From NCBI GenBank assembly GCA_027317045.1, contig DAHVFI010000303.1, forward strand, positions 1-28,148: a stretch of 28,148 bases of DNA. Reading direction: 5' to 3'. The translations under genes were made by a program, and so were the position numbers. Source of the stretch: Gammaproteobacteria bacterium (GTDB lineage: Bacteria; Pseudomonadota; Gammaproteobacteria; Natronospirales; REEB76). Below are positions 1 to 9,787 of the stretch, one piece after another (position 1 is the stretch's first letter; each line of letters opens with the position of its first letter). The notes below the pieces were generated by a model that saw nothing but the letters and a program-made list of their open reading frames with translations, was not told the DNA's origin and made no database searches.

Positions 1-519
1 GTGCATGGCGATGCGTTCGAGGCCATAGGTGATTTCGCCGGACACCGGACGGCATTCGAGTCCGCCGACCTGCTGGAAATAGGTGAACTGGCTCACTTCC
101 ATACCGTTCAGCCATACTTCCCAGCCAAGCCCCCAGGCGCCCAATGTCGGCGATTCCCAGTTGTCTTCCACAAAACGGATGTCGTTGATCAGCGGGTCCA
201 GGCCCAGGGTCTTTAGAGACCCCAGATACAGTTCCTGAATATTATCCGGGGAGGGTTTGAGTATTACCTGGAACTGATAGTAGTGCTGCAACCGGTTGGG
301 GTTTTCGCCATAACGGCCGTCAGTGGGCCGGCGGCAGGGCTGCACGTAGGCGGCCCTCCAGGGCTCCGGGCCGATGGCTCGCAGGAAAGTGGCGGGGTGG
401 AAGGTGCCCGCGCCCACGGGCATATCCAGGGGCTGCAGCAGTACGCAACCCTGACGGAGCCAGTATTGCTGCAAGGCGAGGATAAGATTCTGGAAGGTCG
501 CGGGGGTTCTGGCGCTCAT
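1..519 (-). CDS. glyQ: Glycyl-tRNA synthetase alpha subunit, 5' part (runs off the window start; absent from the supplied ORF track)
   Basis: Manual translation from ATG at 519: [20 protein letters not shown]...[63 protein letters not shown]...[41 protein letters not shown]...[11 protein letters not shown], the GlyQ signature sequence. Confidence 0.97.
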   Translation of the reverse strand, partial: MSARTPATFQNLILALQQYWLRQGCVLLQPLDMPVGAGTFHPATFLRAIGPEPWRAAYVQPCRRPTDGRYGENPNRLQHYYQFQVILKPSPDNIQELYLGSLKTLGLDPLINDIRFVEDNWESPTLGAWGLGWEVWLNGMEVSQFTYFQQVGGLECRPVSGEITYGLERIAMH

Positions 520-624
520 TATCTTGTACGGTCGGCGTCCCGCCCGGCTTGAAGGCCGCCAAGTATAGCTTCTTCAATAAGTCACTGACACAAATCCGGG
601 AACTGGCTGCCTCAGGATCAGTTT

Positions 625-641
625 TGCACCATTGTGGTGCG
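625..641. promoter_or_regulatory. NtrC-binding enhancer site upstream of glnA
   Basis: TGCACCATTGTGGTGCG closely matches the NtrC consensus TGCACY-N5-GGTGCA and lies about 60-80 bp upstream of the sigma54 element. Confidence 0.85.
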
Positions 642-702
642 GTTCAGGTCAACTAAGAGGATTCGGCTTTGAAGAAATGCCTGATTGACAGGGGGTTTCG
701 TT

Positions 703-717
703 TGGCACGCGGATTGC
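703..717 (+). promoter_or_regulatory. sigma54 (-24/-12) promoter of glnA
   Basis: TGGCAC-GCGGA-TTGC is an exact TGGCAC-N5-TTGC match, 46 bp before the glnA ATG (SD GGAG just upstream of the ATG). Confidence 0.92.
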
Positions 718-763
718 TGCTCTTTAAAGGTAATTTCCGCAATTCTCACCTCCGGAGTTTCCC

Positions 764-2173
764 ATGCCCTCCAAAGATGTCTTGGATCTGATTGTCAAAG
801 AAAACGCGAAATTTGTGGACTTTCGCTTCACTGACAGCCGCGGCAAGGAGCAGCACGTAAGTGTGCCGGCGCATACCGTGGACGAAGAACTGTTTGAGGA
901 TGGCAAAATGTTTGACGGCTCTTCCATTGCCGGCTGGAAGGGAATCAATGAGTCCGACATGATCTTGATGCCCGATCCCGGCAGCGCGATTATCGACCCG
1001 TTCTTCGAGGAGCCTACCGTCAATCTGCGTTGCGACGTTATCGAACCGGCCACCATGCAGGGCTATGGGCGTGATCCACGCTCCCTCGCCAAACGTGCCG
1101 AGGCCTATCTGAAATCCACCGGCATCGCCGATACCGCTTACTTCGGACCGGAGAACGAATTTTTCATCTTTGACGACATCCGCTGGGGCGCCGATATCAG
1201 CGGCTCCTTCTACAAGATTGATTCCAAGGAAGCCGGCTGGAATTCCGAGCGCGTTTACGAGGGTGGCAATATCGGCCACCGTCCCGGCATCAAGGGCGGC
1301 TATTTCCCGGTGCCGCCAGTGGATGCCTTGCAGGACATCCGCTCCGCCATGTGCATGGCGCTGGAAGACATGGGCTTGAAAACCGAAGTGCACCATCATG
1401 AGGTGGCAACCGCAGGTCAGTGCGAAATCGGTGTGGCCTTCGGCACGCTCGTCAAGAAGGCCGACGAAGTGCAGATCCTCAAGTATGCGGTCATGAACGT
1501 GGCTCACGCTTATGGTAAAACCGCCACCTTCATGCCCAAACCCCTGGTGGGCGACAACGGCAGTGGCATGCATGTACATCAGTCGCTGGCCAAGGATGGT
1601 AAAAACCTGTTCAGCGGCGACCTCTATGGCGGGTTGTCGGAACTGGCGCTCTACTATATCGGCGGCATCATCAAGCATGCACGCGCGCTGAATGCCTTTA
1701 CCAACGCCAGCACCAACAGCTACAAGCGCCTGGTACCGCACTTCGAAGCACCGGTAATGCTGGCTTACTCCGCCCGCAACCGTTCTGCCTCCATCCGCAT
1801 TCCCTACGTATCCAGTCCCAAAAAGCGCCGTATTGAGGTACGTTTCCCGGATGCCAGCGGCAACCCCTATTTCGCCTTTAGCGCCATGATGATGGCCGGC
1901 TTGGACGGCATCCAAAACAAGATCCATCCGGGCGAAGCCATGGACAAGGATCTTTATGATCTGCCGCCAGAGGAGGAAAAAAATATTCCCCAGGTTTGCT
2001 ATTCACTGGATATGGCGTTGGAATATTTGGACAAGGACCGCGGCTTTCTGAAAGCCGGCGGTGTGTTCACCGACGATGTGATTGATGCCTACATCGGGCT
2101 CAAGATGCAAGAAGTCACGCGTCTGCGTATGACCACGCATCCGGTGGAATTTGACATGTATTTCAGCTTGTAA
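764..2173 (+). CDS. glnA: Glutamine synthetase type I
   Basis: 469 aa; [74 protein letters not shown] and adenylylation-site [10 protein letters not shown] motifs. Confidence 0.99.
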   Translation: MPSKDVLDLIVKENAKFVDFRFTDSRGKEQHVSVPAHTVDEELFEDGKMFDGSSIAGWKGINESDMILMPDPGSAIIDPFFEEPTVNLRCDVIEPATMQGYGRDPRSLAKRAEAYLKSTGIADTAYFGPENEFFIFDDIRWGADISGSFYKIDSKEAGWNSERVYEGGNIGHRPGIKGGYFPVPPVDALQDIRSAMCMALEDMGLKTEVHHHEVATAGQCEIGVAFGTLVKKADEVQILKYAVMNVAHAYGKTATFMPKPLVGDNGSGMHVHQSLAKDGKNLFSGDLYGGLSELALYYIGGIIKHARALNAFTNASTNSYKRLVPHFEAPVMLAYSARNRSASIRIPYVSSPKKRRIEVRFPDASGNPYFAFSAMMMAGLDGIQNKIHPGEAMDKDLYDLPPEEEKNIPQVCYSLDMALEYLDKDRGFLKAGGVFTDDVIDAYIGLKMQEVTRLRMTTHPVEFDMYFSL

Positions 2174-2198
2174 CGCTGAACAGAAGCAATCGTGGTGT

Positions 2199-2756
2199 AT
2201 GCCGATTCGTTTTGCGATACCCGGTGACGTGCCCGGCATAAATGCTATTTATGGGCCGTTTGTCACTGACAATGCCGTATCGTTTGAGTTGGAACCACCT
2301 TCCGATGAGCGCATGGGAGAGCGCATCACAGGTACGTTGCAACAATTTCCCTGGCTGGTGAGTTATTCCGGCGATCGGGTGCTCGGCTATGCTTACGCAA
2401 GTCAGTACCGGCAAAGAGCTGCGTATCAATGGACCGTTGAGACAACGGTGTATGTGGACGCGCAAAGCCGGCGAACCGGTATTGCACGCGGACTATATCA
2501 ACGGCTGTTTGCGATTCTGCGGCAACAAGGTTATTACACAGCCTACGCCGGTATTGCCTTGCCAAATCAGGGCAGCATTGCCCTGCACCAGGCCTTGGGG
2601 TTTGAGTCCATCGGAATTTGTCGAGCTGCAGGTTATAAGCTCGGTGCTTGGCATGATGTCAGTTGGTGGCAAAGACCCCTGGGCAATTACGATTCACCGG
2701 CAAGGCCGCCAAAACCACTCCCGCAGTTACGCGCCGCACTGGGTGAGTTGACGTGA
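2199..2756 (+). CDS. GNAT N-acetyltransferase, phosphinothricin acetyltransferase (PAT)/ArsN1/MddA-like
   Basis: 185 aa from ATG 2199: AVSFELEPP, FPWLV, GYAYASQYRQRAAYQWTVETTVYV, AGIALPNQGSIALHQALGF, GYKLGAWHDVSWWQ. Starts 25 bp after the glnA stop. Confidence 0.85.
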   Translation: MPIRFAIPGDVPGINAIYGPFVTDNAVSFELEPPSDERMGERITGTLQQFPWLVSYSGDRVLGYAYASQYRQRAAYQWTVETTVYVDAQSRRTGIARGLYQRLFAILRQQGYYTAYAGIALPNQGSIALHQALGFESIGICRAAGYKLGAWHDVSWWQRPLGNYDSPARPPKPLPQLRAALGELT

Positions 2757-2771
2757 GCGGTCGGCAGGCAT

Positions 2772-2967
2772 AAAAACTCGGCGTATCGGGGGGATGGGAA
2801 ACGGTACGCTGGCAGGCTTCCGGGCGTTGGGGAGACACCCGGCCGGTCACGAAAGGGAGAGACGGGGCCAGTTCAGCGCAGCGGGGAGGTGCGCCGTTGG
2901 GACCTGTTGGCCAAGTATCCGGGTTACCGGGGACTTAAGCTTGGCGGGTCTGCACGGGTCAGGCCAC
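2772..2967 (-). ncRNA. Candidate multi-hairpin sRNA with C-rich (UCCC) loops
   Basis: Intergenic run of 4-5 hairpins; minus-strand loops CCUCCCCGC, UCUCCCUUUCGU, CUCCCCA and UUUCCCAUCCCCC; U5 tract at the minus-strand 3' end (2772-2776); TAATCT -10-like hexamer at 2974-2979 (-). Ends are approximate. Confidence 0.5.
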
Positions 2968-3138
2968 ATACTGAGATTAGACTGTCCAGTCCATTTTTGC
3001 AGGCGCCAGTGAGAAAGCTAGCCGCGCTTTCATTGTAATGACTCGAGGTCATCCCGATGCCGTGATGAGCTGGTAACCCCCGACTTTTTTTAAAGACTGG
3101 TACTTGTCCGCTCCCCGCAAACTGGCTAGGCTGCCCTC

Positions 3139-3672
3139 ATGTACAAAGCCGTATTTCTGATCTTATTGGCCCTGGTTCTTGGTGCTGGTTTGGCCAAGGC
3201 CGACGCCGTCTACAAATGGGTGGATGCTCAGGGCAATGTGCATTACACGGACTACCCGCGCCCGGGTGCCGAAAAAGTACAATTGCCCAAGACCCAGACT
3301 TACCAGCCACCCTCCATGACTGATACGCCAACACCCACTCCCGGCGCATCTAGCGCAGCTCCCATGACAGGCTATAAAGAATTCACCATTGCTTCGCCGG
3401 CGAGCCAGGCGAATCTTTGGTATGTGCATGAGGTCCAGGTTGCAGTAAGCCTGTCTCCCGAATTGCACTCCGGCGACACCCTTACCTATCGGCTGGATGG
3501 TCAGAGTATCGGCCCAACCACACAGACCAGTGTTACCTTCAAGAACATTGCCCGGGGTGAACACACAGCTTCAGTCACCCTGAACAGCGCCAATGGTGCC
3601 ACCTTGTCAGCCGGCCCCATCACCTTTTTTGTGCACCAGAAGACCATCTTAAGTCCGAAACCGCCCCGATAA
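3139..3672 (+). CDS. Exported DUF4124-domain protein with Pro/Thr linker and C-terminal beta-sandwich-like domain
   Basis: Signal peptide (..GLAKA), DUF4124-type motif VYKWVDAQGNVHYTDYP, TPTPTP linker. This type of gene is commonly found between glnA and ntrB. Confidence 0.85.
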   Translation: MYKAVFLILLALVLGAGLAKADAVYKWVDAQGNVHYTDYPRPGAEKVQLPKTQTYQPPSMTDTPTPTPGASSAAPMTGYKEFTIASPASQANLWYVHEVQVAVSLSPELHSGDTLTYRLDGQSIGPTTQTSVTFKNIARGEHTASVTLNSANGATLSAGPITFFVHQKTILSPKPPR

Positions 3673-3673
3673 A

Positions 3674-3704
3674 GAGCATTTGCACTATAATGGTGCAAAT
3701 GCTC
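3674..3704. promoter_or_regulatory. NtrC box with an embedded -10 hexamer, inside a perfect 12-bp inverted repeat at the ntrB start
   Basis: GAGCATTTGCAC-TATAATG-GTGCAAATGCTC; NtrC core TGCACTATAATGGTGCA at 3681-3697; TATAAT at 3686-3691. Confidence 0.88.
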
Positions 3705-4773
3705 GACTTAGAGCTTTCAAATTTTTTCGCTTTATTGCTGGAAAATCAGACCACCGGTCTACTCTGGCTGGATGCGACGTTCCGTCTGCGTTATCTGAAC
3801 CCAGCCGCGGAAACCCTTCTGGATCTGGATGGGAGGCGTTGCATCGGCTCGGCCCTGACCAGCAGTCTGCCTGAAGCCGACGATCTCACAGCCATTCTGC
3901 AACGGGTGCTGGATACCCGGGAAACCGTAACCCGGCGAGAGTTGGGCTTGGTAGTCGGCGCTGCCAACGCACGCCGCACCGTTACCGCGGACTGCACCGT
4001 CAGTCCCATGGTAGACAAGCAAGGCGATGTCAAACTGTTGGTAGAACTGGTTCCTCAAGACCGGTACTTGCGTATCAGCCGCGAGGCAGCCCTCAGCGCC
4101 CAGAGCGCAGCCAATCGCTCCTTGGCTCTAAAGCTGGCTCATGAAATCAAGAATCCTCTGGGCGGTCTACGGGGGGCGGCTCAATTATTGGCACGCCGGT
4201 TGGATGACCCGGGGCTTTTGGAGTACACCCGGGTCATCGTAAGTGAAGCGGATCGTTTGACGGCGCTGGTGGATTCTCTGCTCGGACCGCCCCAAGCACT
4301 CAGGCGCGTGGAGACCAACATCCACGAATTACTTGAACATGTGGTACAGCTTTTGCAAGCCGCTGCACCCGGCAAATTCAAGATCAATCGCGACTACGAT
4401 CCCAGTCTGCCGATGCTGCAGCTGGATCGAAACCAAATCATTCAAGCCCTGCTCAATCTCGCCAAAAACGCCTGTGAAGCATTGGGTGAGCGCGGCATCA
4501 TTGTTTTCAGGAGTCGTGCTTTGCGGCAGTTTACCCTCCATGGCATCCGTCATCGGCTGGTAGCTTGCGTGGAGATTGAGGATAACGGTCCCGGCATCCC
4601 GCCGGAATTAGCGCTGCAGCTGTTCAGTCCGCTGGTAAGTCGCAAACCCAATGGTGCCGGTCTTGGCCTTAGTATCGCTCAGGAACTGGTTAGCCGCCAT
4701 GGCGGACTCATCGAATGCGCGAGCGTACCGGGGCGCACTGCCTTTTCCATTCTGCTTCCCATCGGGGGCAACC

Positions 4774-4793
<20 letters not shown>
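3699..4793 (+). CDS. ntrB: Nitrogen regulation sensor histidine kinase NtrB (GlnL)
   Basis: PAS region, H-box LAHEIKNPLGGLRGAAQLL, N-box NLAKNA, DNGPGIP and GAGLGLSIAQ. ATG 3699 is preferred over ATG 3690, which lies inside the NtrC box/-10 element. Confidence 0.96.
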
Positions 4794-6186
<1,393 letters not shown>

Positions 6187-6197
6187 TTTATGCATCG

Positions 6198-6662
6198 CTA
6201 AAAGGTCACGGTGGCGAAAATACTATCGGTGTAGCTTCCTGGAACAATATTTTCCAGAGCCGGAATTTGGCCATAGATCCTGATACGCACAGTATTGTTT
6301 TTGAAGTTTCTGCTGACGGTCTGGGTACCGCCGGTGCCGTCACCAAAGATGATCACCCGTGCTGCCGTGGTGTACAAGTTGTAATTTAGTTGGTCGCTGG
6401 TGGTACCGCTAGTCATGTAACGGGGATTGTAGGAACCGCTCTGACCGGAACTGAGTGCCGCCGTAAGCGTGCCTTTGCCATTGCAGATGACGGTAATACG
6501 CCCCGTGCGGTTGAGCGGACTGGTTGAAAACGGATTATAGTTGCCGTATGCAATCGGTTGAGCCGTGACGGTGCAAGTTGCGGCCCATAGCATATTGGGT
6601 AAGGGGAAGGCTATGCCTGCGCATAGCAGCAACATGATTGTGGGACGATTAAGCTGTTTCAT
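6198..6662 (-). CDS. Spore-coat-U (Csu-type) single-domain fimbrial subunit, no N-terminal donor strand
   Basis: Signal peptide ending ..LWA, mature start ATCTVT; YGNYNP, ITVIC, LNYNLY, IYGQIP and C-terminal PGSYTDSIFATVTF. Confidence 0.9.
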   Translation of the reverse strand: MKQLNRPTIMLLLCAGIAFPLPNMLWAATCTVTAQPIAYGNYNPFSTSPLNRTGRITVICNGKGTLTAALSSGQSGSYNPRYMTSGTTSDQLNYNLYTTAARVIIFGDGTGGTQTVSRNFKNNTVRIRIYGQIPALENIVPGSYTDSIFATVTF

Positions 6663-6664
6663 GA

Positions 6665-7123
6665 TTAAAAATTCACCGTTACTGTAATCGAGTCGCTATA
6701 ACTGCCTGGTATCACATTTTGCTGAGCGGTACTCTGTCCGTAAACACTAAACGTTGTGGTGCTATTATTTTTGAATGTCTGGACGATATCACCCGTGCCA
6801 CCGGTACCGTTCCCCCATACGGTGACCAGGCTGGCCGTGGTGTAAAGATTATAAGTCAGGATATTCGTGCCACTTTTCATGACGCGCGGGAAATAACTAC
6901 CGTTGCCACCGGTGCTGAGGTCCACAGTCATGGTGCCCTTACCACGGGTGCAGTTCACGGTAATGAGATTAGTCCCAGTACCAATCGTGGGTGCTGTACT
7001 CATCGGATCGTAATTGCCGAAATTAAAATTATTGGTAGCTACGGTGCACGTCGCCGCATAAGTTATGGAGGACGTGAGCAGTGCAATACTCACTAAAACT
7101 AGAATGCAAAGACCACGCATCAC
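6665..7123 (-). CDS. Spore-coat-U (Csu-type) single-domain fimbrial subunit, no N-terminal donor strand
   Basis: Signal peptide ending ..TYA, mature start ATCTVA; FGNYDP, ITVNC, LTYNLY, VYGQ and C-terminal PGSYSDSITVTVNF. Its start overlaps the usher stop. Confidence 0.9.
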   Translation of the reverse strand: MMRGLCILVLVSIALLTSSITYAATCTVATNNFNFGNYDPMSTAPTIGTGTNLITVNCTRGKGTMTVDLSTGGNGSYFPRVMKSGTNILTYNLYTTASLVTVWGNGTGGTGDIVQTFKNNSTTTFSVYGQSTAQQNVIPGSYSDSITVTVNF

Positions 7124-9696
7124 AATTTTATTCCTTTACAGATATACGTACCCAAATCAGGTAGTGGATCCTTGGTTTCCGGCATGTTCACATTCAATTC
7201 GCAACTCTGCTGATCCCAGCTTGCGCGCAATTTGTTATGCGCCGCAAGTCCGGTGATATATGTCTCGCCATCAAGGCCCACGGGGAAAATCTGCGGCTGT
7301 CCTTCAATCCGGACTATGGCGCCCGCCGGCAGCGGCTTACCGTCTTGCAGGTTGATGCTCAAGGTCGCGCCGCGGGTGGAGGTAATGGGAAATTTCACGA
7401 TTACACCGCTGTTGTAGCGGGGGACCGCGTTCTGCTGGAGGCTGTTTACCTGCGAGCTCAGAGGCAGACTGCCGGCGCCAAGACTGATGGGGTTGTTCTG
7501 ATAGGGCCGCATAATGGGCACGAGGGCGTCGCCGTTTTTGTCGGTGGTGCCTATGGGTTGGTTGTCGGCGTACACCGTCACGTTGGGGATTCCCGGCACT
7601 TGCACCAAACCGAACGCACCCTGAATCTGGCGGGTGGGGAATACTTCATCACCGATGAACGCCAAGCCACCCGCCGCTTCTCCCTGGTAACTGGTCTGGC
7701 CGCCGGTATTGAGCGCGCCCATGCGATATGTTCCGACATTATTCTGGTAATCGTATTCCGCCTGATTGATGGGATCAGGACCTACTTGAGTGCTGATGCG
7801 ATAACCACTGCCGGTACCGGGAGGCAGATTTTCCTGCACCTGGGCGAAGGCTTGATCCACGTTGTTCTGACGCGTGGTGCCGACACTTACGTTGCTGCGC
7901 TCCCCGAAGGGCAGCGTGAACATCAAGATCACGCCGTTATTGCTGCCGCCGGTCAGCGCATGAAACGCATTGGCGGTGAAAAAGCCATTGCGGCCCACGT
8001 TGACACTGTAGTTCGCAGTCAGGAGGCGGGCACGGCCGAACAGCGGACTGTCCTGATCCACATAGGCAAGAGAGGCTGAACCTCCCCGGCCCAGAAAAGC
8101 GCCAACACTCGCCGTGATCTGTTTGCGGGGGGCTGGCAGGCCGTTGTAGCCCAATTCGGTGAACTGGGGGCTGGCCAACTGGACATTTGTCCCGACATTA
8201 AAGGTTTGCCATTGCCGCTGGTATCCGATGAGCCCCAGGGCGCCTTGACCGAGACTGCCGTGACTCACAGCCAGAGCTGTATTGAACACGCCGGAGTCAG
8301 GTGTCGCGTAGGCGCCGCCTACGCTCATGTCCTTAAGATCCGTGGAGAGCTCACCCCGCAATTCACCGGTAAAATCATCCGTAAAGCCGTAGCGGAAGAT
8401 GCCGGTGGCGATGGACGGGCCGTAGTCGTTGCTGTCCAGGCCATAGTTCTCCCGCAGCTTGCCGATGGAAAAGGAATAATCATCCAGCCCTGATTTCAAT
8501 AAATTCGAGGTGGCGTAGAAGGACGAGGAGATCACTTGCTCGCGCCCCAACATGTCGCGCACCACTAGCGTGGCGGTGCCCGGGCCGGTGACCACGGGTA
8601 CGGCGGGAATGGAAAATGGGCCGGGGGGTACTTGCTGCGATTCCTTGAGTATCCCGTTTACATACAACTGCACCGTGGACGGCAGCGCCGCTTGGCCGCC
8701 GATTACCGGCAGAGGAAAGGTTATGAAGTACGGGCGTGTGGCGAAATTGGTGCCGTATTGGAGGCCGCCCATGCGCACCGCCAGTCCGGTCATGCCGCCG
8801 TCGGTGATGCTGTCGCCGAGTTGCAGCGTGGTCATGGTATCGGGATCGTCATGCGTCCATGTGGTGTCCAAACGGGTCCACTGGCTATGGGCATGGTTGA
8901 TGTTCTGGCCGATGAAACTGCTGGTGCCCACACCCCAGTCGTTGAATAGACCGGCTTCGAGTAAGCCATTAATGGCCGTGAGTCCGGGACTACGGCTGCC
9001 CAGGAAATCGTAGTTCAGAAAACCACCCCAGGGGGTATGTTGCGCTCGCGGATTTTGCGGAAAAAGTCCATCCACGATAGTGCCGGTGAATTCCGCCGCC
9101 GGTGCGGTGATCCACAGGGTTTCGGTGGATGGCTTCAGCTGGTAAGTGAGACCCGGGATCGCGTCCAGTGGATAATATTGTTTACCCTGGTACAGATAGG
9201 GTGTCACGGCAGGCAGGCGCAGGCGCCAGCGTTCCAAGTCGGAGCCTTTTGCGTACAGGTTGTTATTCGGTGTGTTGCCGAAACCCAGAAATAAATCGGT
9301 TTCATGCCAGGGTTGCTGGTTGATGTGCACCCCCAGCAACAGCTCGATGGGTGCGGCCACGTTTGCCGGCAGGTGTGCGACGGATGACGGAGCTGCAGCG
9401 GCGGATGCAGTCGTGCCTGCCGGAGGCGCCGTCTGTGGCGATGGCATGAGCGTGGTTGCTTGGCTATGTCCTCCCCTGCGGGCCGGGTGTCGAGGAGAAT
9501 TTTTTTTGTGCTGAACCGGGGTCATTAACGTTGCTTCAGGAACCACAACAGGTGCCGGTTTTGTCGCAGCAACAGCAGAAGATGGACGCGTCGTGATTGC
9601 CCCTGAAGGATACGAGTTGCAGCGGCTGAGTAGCAGCATGAGGGCCATCAGTCCGGCCGCCAGCCAGCGCGCCCGGCTTTTGAGGAACCAGCTCAT
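7120..9696 (-). CDS. Fimbrial outer-membrane usher (CsuD-like)
   Basis: 858 aa; FLNYDF, RLDTTW, LGDSIT, MGGLQYGTNF.TRP, VQLYVNG, VPPGPFSI, VVRDMLGRE, LLKSGLDDYSFSIG, YRYGFT-like (FRYGFT) and C-terminal LPDLGTYIC. Confidence 0.95.
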   Translation of the reverse strand: MSWFLKSRARWLAAGLMALMLLLSRCNSYPSGAITTRPSSAVAATKPAPVVVPEATLMTPVQHKKNSPRHPARRGGHSQATTLMPSPQTAPPAGTTASAAAAPSSVAHLPANVAAPIELLLGVHINQQPWHETDLFLGFGNTPNNNLYAKGSDLERWRLRLPAVTPYLYQGKQYYPLDAIPGLTYQLKPSTETLWITAPAAEFTGTIVDGLFPQNPRAQHTPWGGFLNYDFLGSRSPGLTAINGLLEAGLFNDWGVGTSSFIGQNINHAHSQWTRLDTTWTHDDPDTMTTLQLGDSITDGGMTGLAVRMGGLQYGTNFATRPYFITFPLPVIGGQAALPSTVQLYVNGILKESQQVPPGPFSIPAVPVVTGPGTATLVVRDMLGREQVISSSFYATSNLLKSGLDDYSFSIGKLRENYGLDSNDYGPSIATGIFRYGFTDDFTGELRGELSTDLKDMSVGGAYATPDSGVFNTALAVSHGSLGQGALGLIGYQRQWQTFNVGTNVQLASPQFTELGYNGLPAPRKQITASVGAFLGRGGSASLAYVDQDSPLFGRARLLTANYSVNVGRNGFFTANAFHALTGGSNNGVILMFTLPFGERSNVSVGTTRQNNVDQAFAQVQENLPPGTGSGYRISTQVGPDPINQAEYDYQNNVGTYRMGALNTGGQTSYQGEAAGGLAFIGDEVFPTRQIQGAFGLVQVPGIPNVTVYADNQPIGTTDKNGDALVPIMRPYQNNPISLGAGSLPLSSQVNSLQQNAVPRYNSGVIVKFPITSTRGATLSINLQDGKPLPAGAIVRIEGQPQIFPVGLDGETYITGLAAHNKLRASWDQQSCELNVNMPETKDPLPDLGTYICKGIKL

Positions 9697-9787
9697 GGCT
9701 TAGCCCGTTGTGGCCGAGAGCCGGCCTTTATACAGAGCGTATTGACCGACTGTTGCGAAAACCAAGCCCGCCGTCAGGACTGCTGCG

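Noticed and set aside
320-577. 85-aa minus-strand ORF in the supplied track
   Set aside because: It is an out-of-frame overlap of glyQ; the real gene starts at 519 in another frame.
685-713. Perfect TTGACA -35 upstream of glnA
   Set aside because: No -10 at 16-18 bp spacing (CGCGGA). An overlapping IHF-like match on the minus strand is imperfect, so neither is called.
746-1927. Long antisense ORFs (746-1927, 7237-8079, 14187-15170, 18795-20351, 20481-21401, 25127-26242, 25920-26801 and similar)
   Set aside because: They are shadows of well-conserved genes on the opposite strand, expected from GC-rich codon bias, and show no family motifs.
2884-2900. GAGGTGCGCCGT resembling part of the guanidine-III riboswitch
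   Set aside because: The flanking CCGGAC and the downstream ACGGCGC pairing strand are absent.
4651-4773. ORF-track N-terminal extensions of ntrC (4651), envC (15172), yibN (15284), LOG (21393), tatA (25433) and tatC (25911)
   Set aside because: Family N-termini, SD positions and overlaps support the later starts given in the features.
6198-7123. Idea that the two minor pilins are a frameshifted CsuE-like adhesin
   Set aside because: Each has its own start, signal peptide and complete C-terminal Phe motif, so they are two intact genes.
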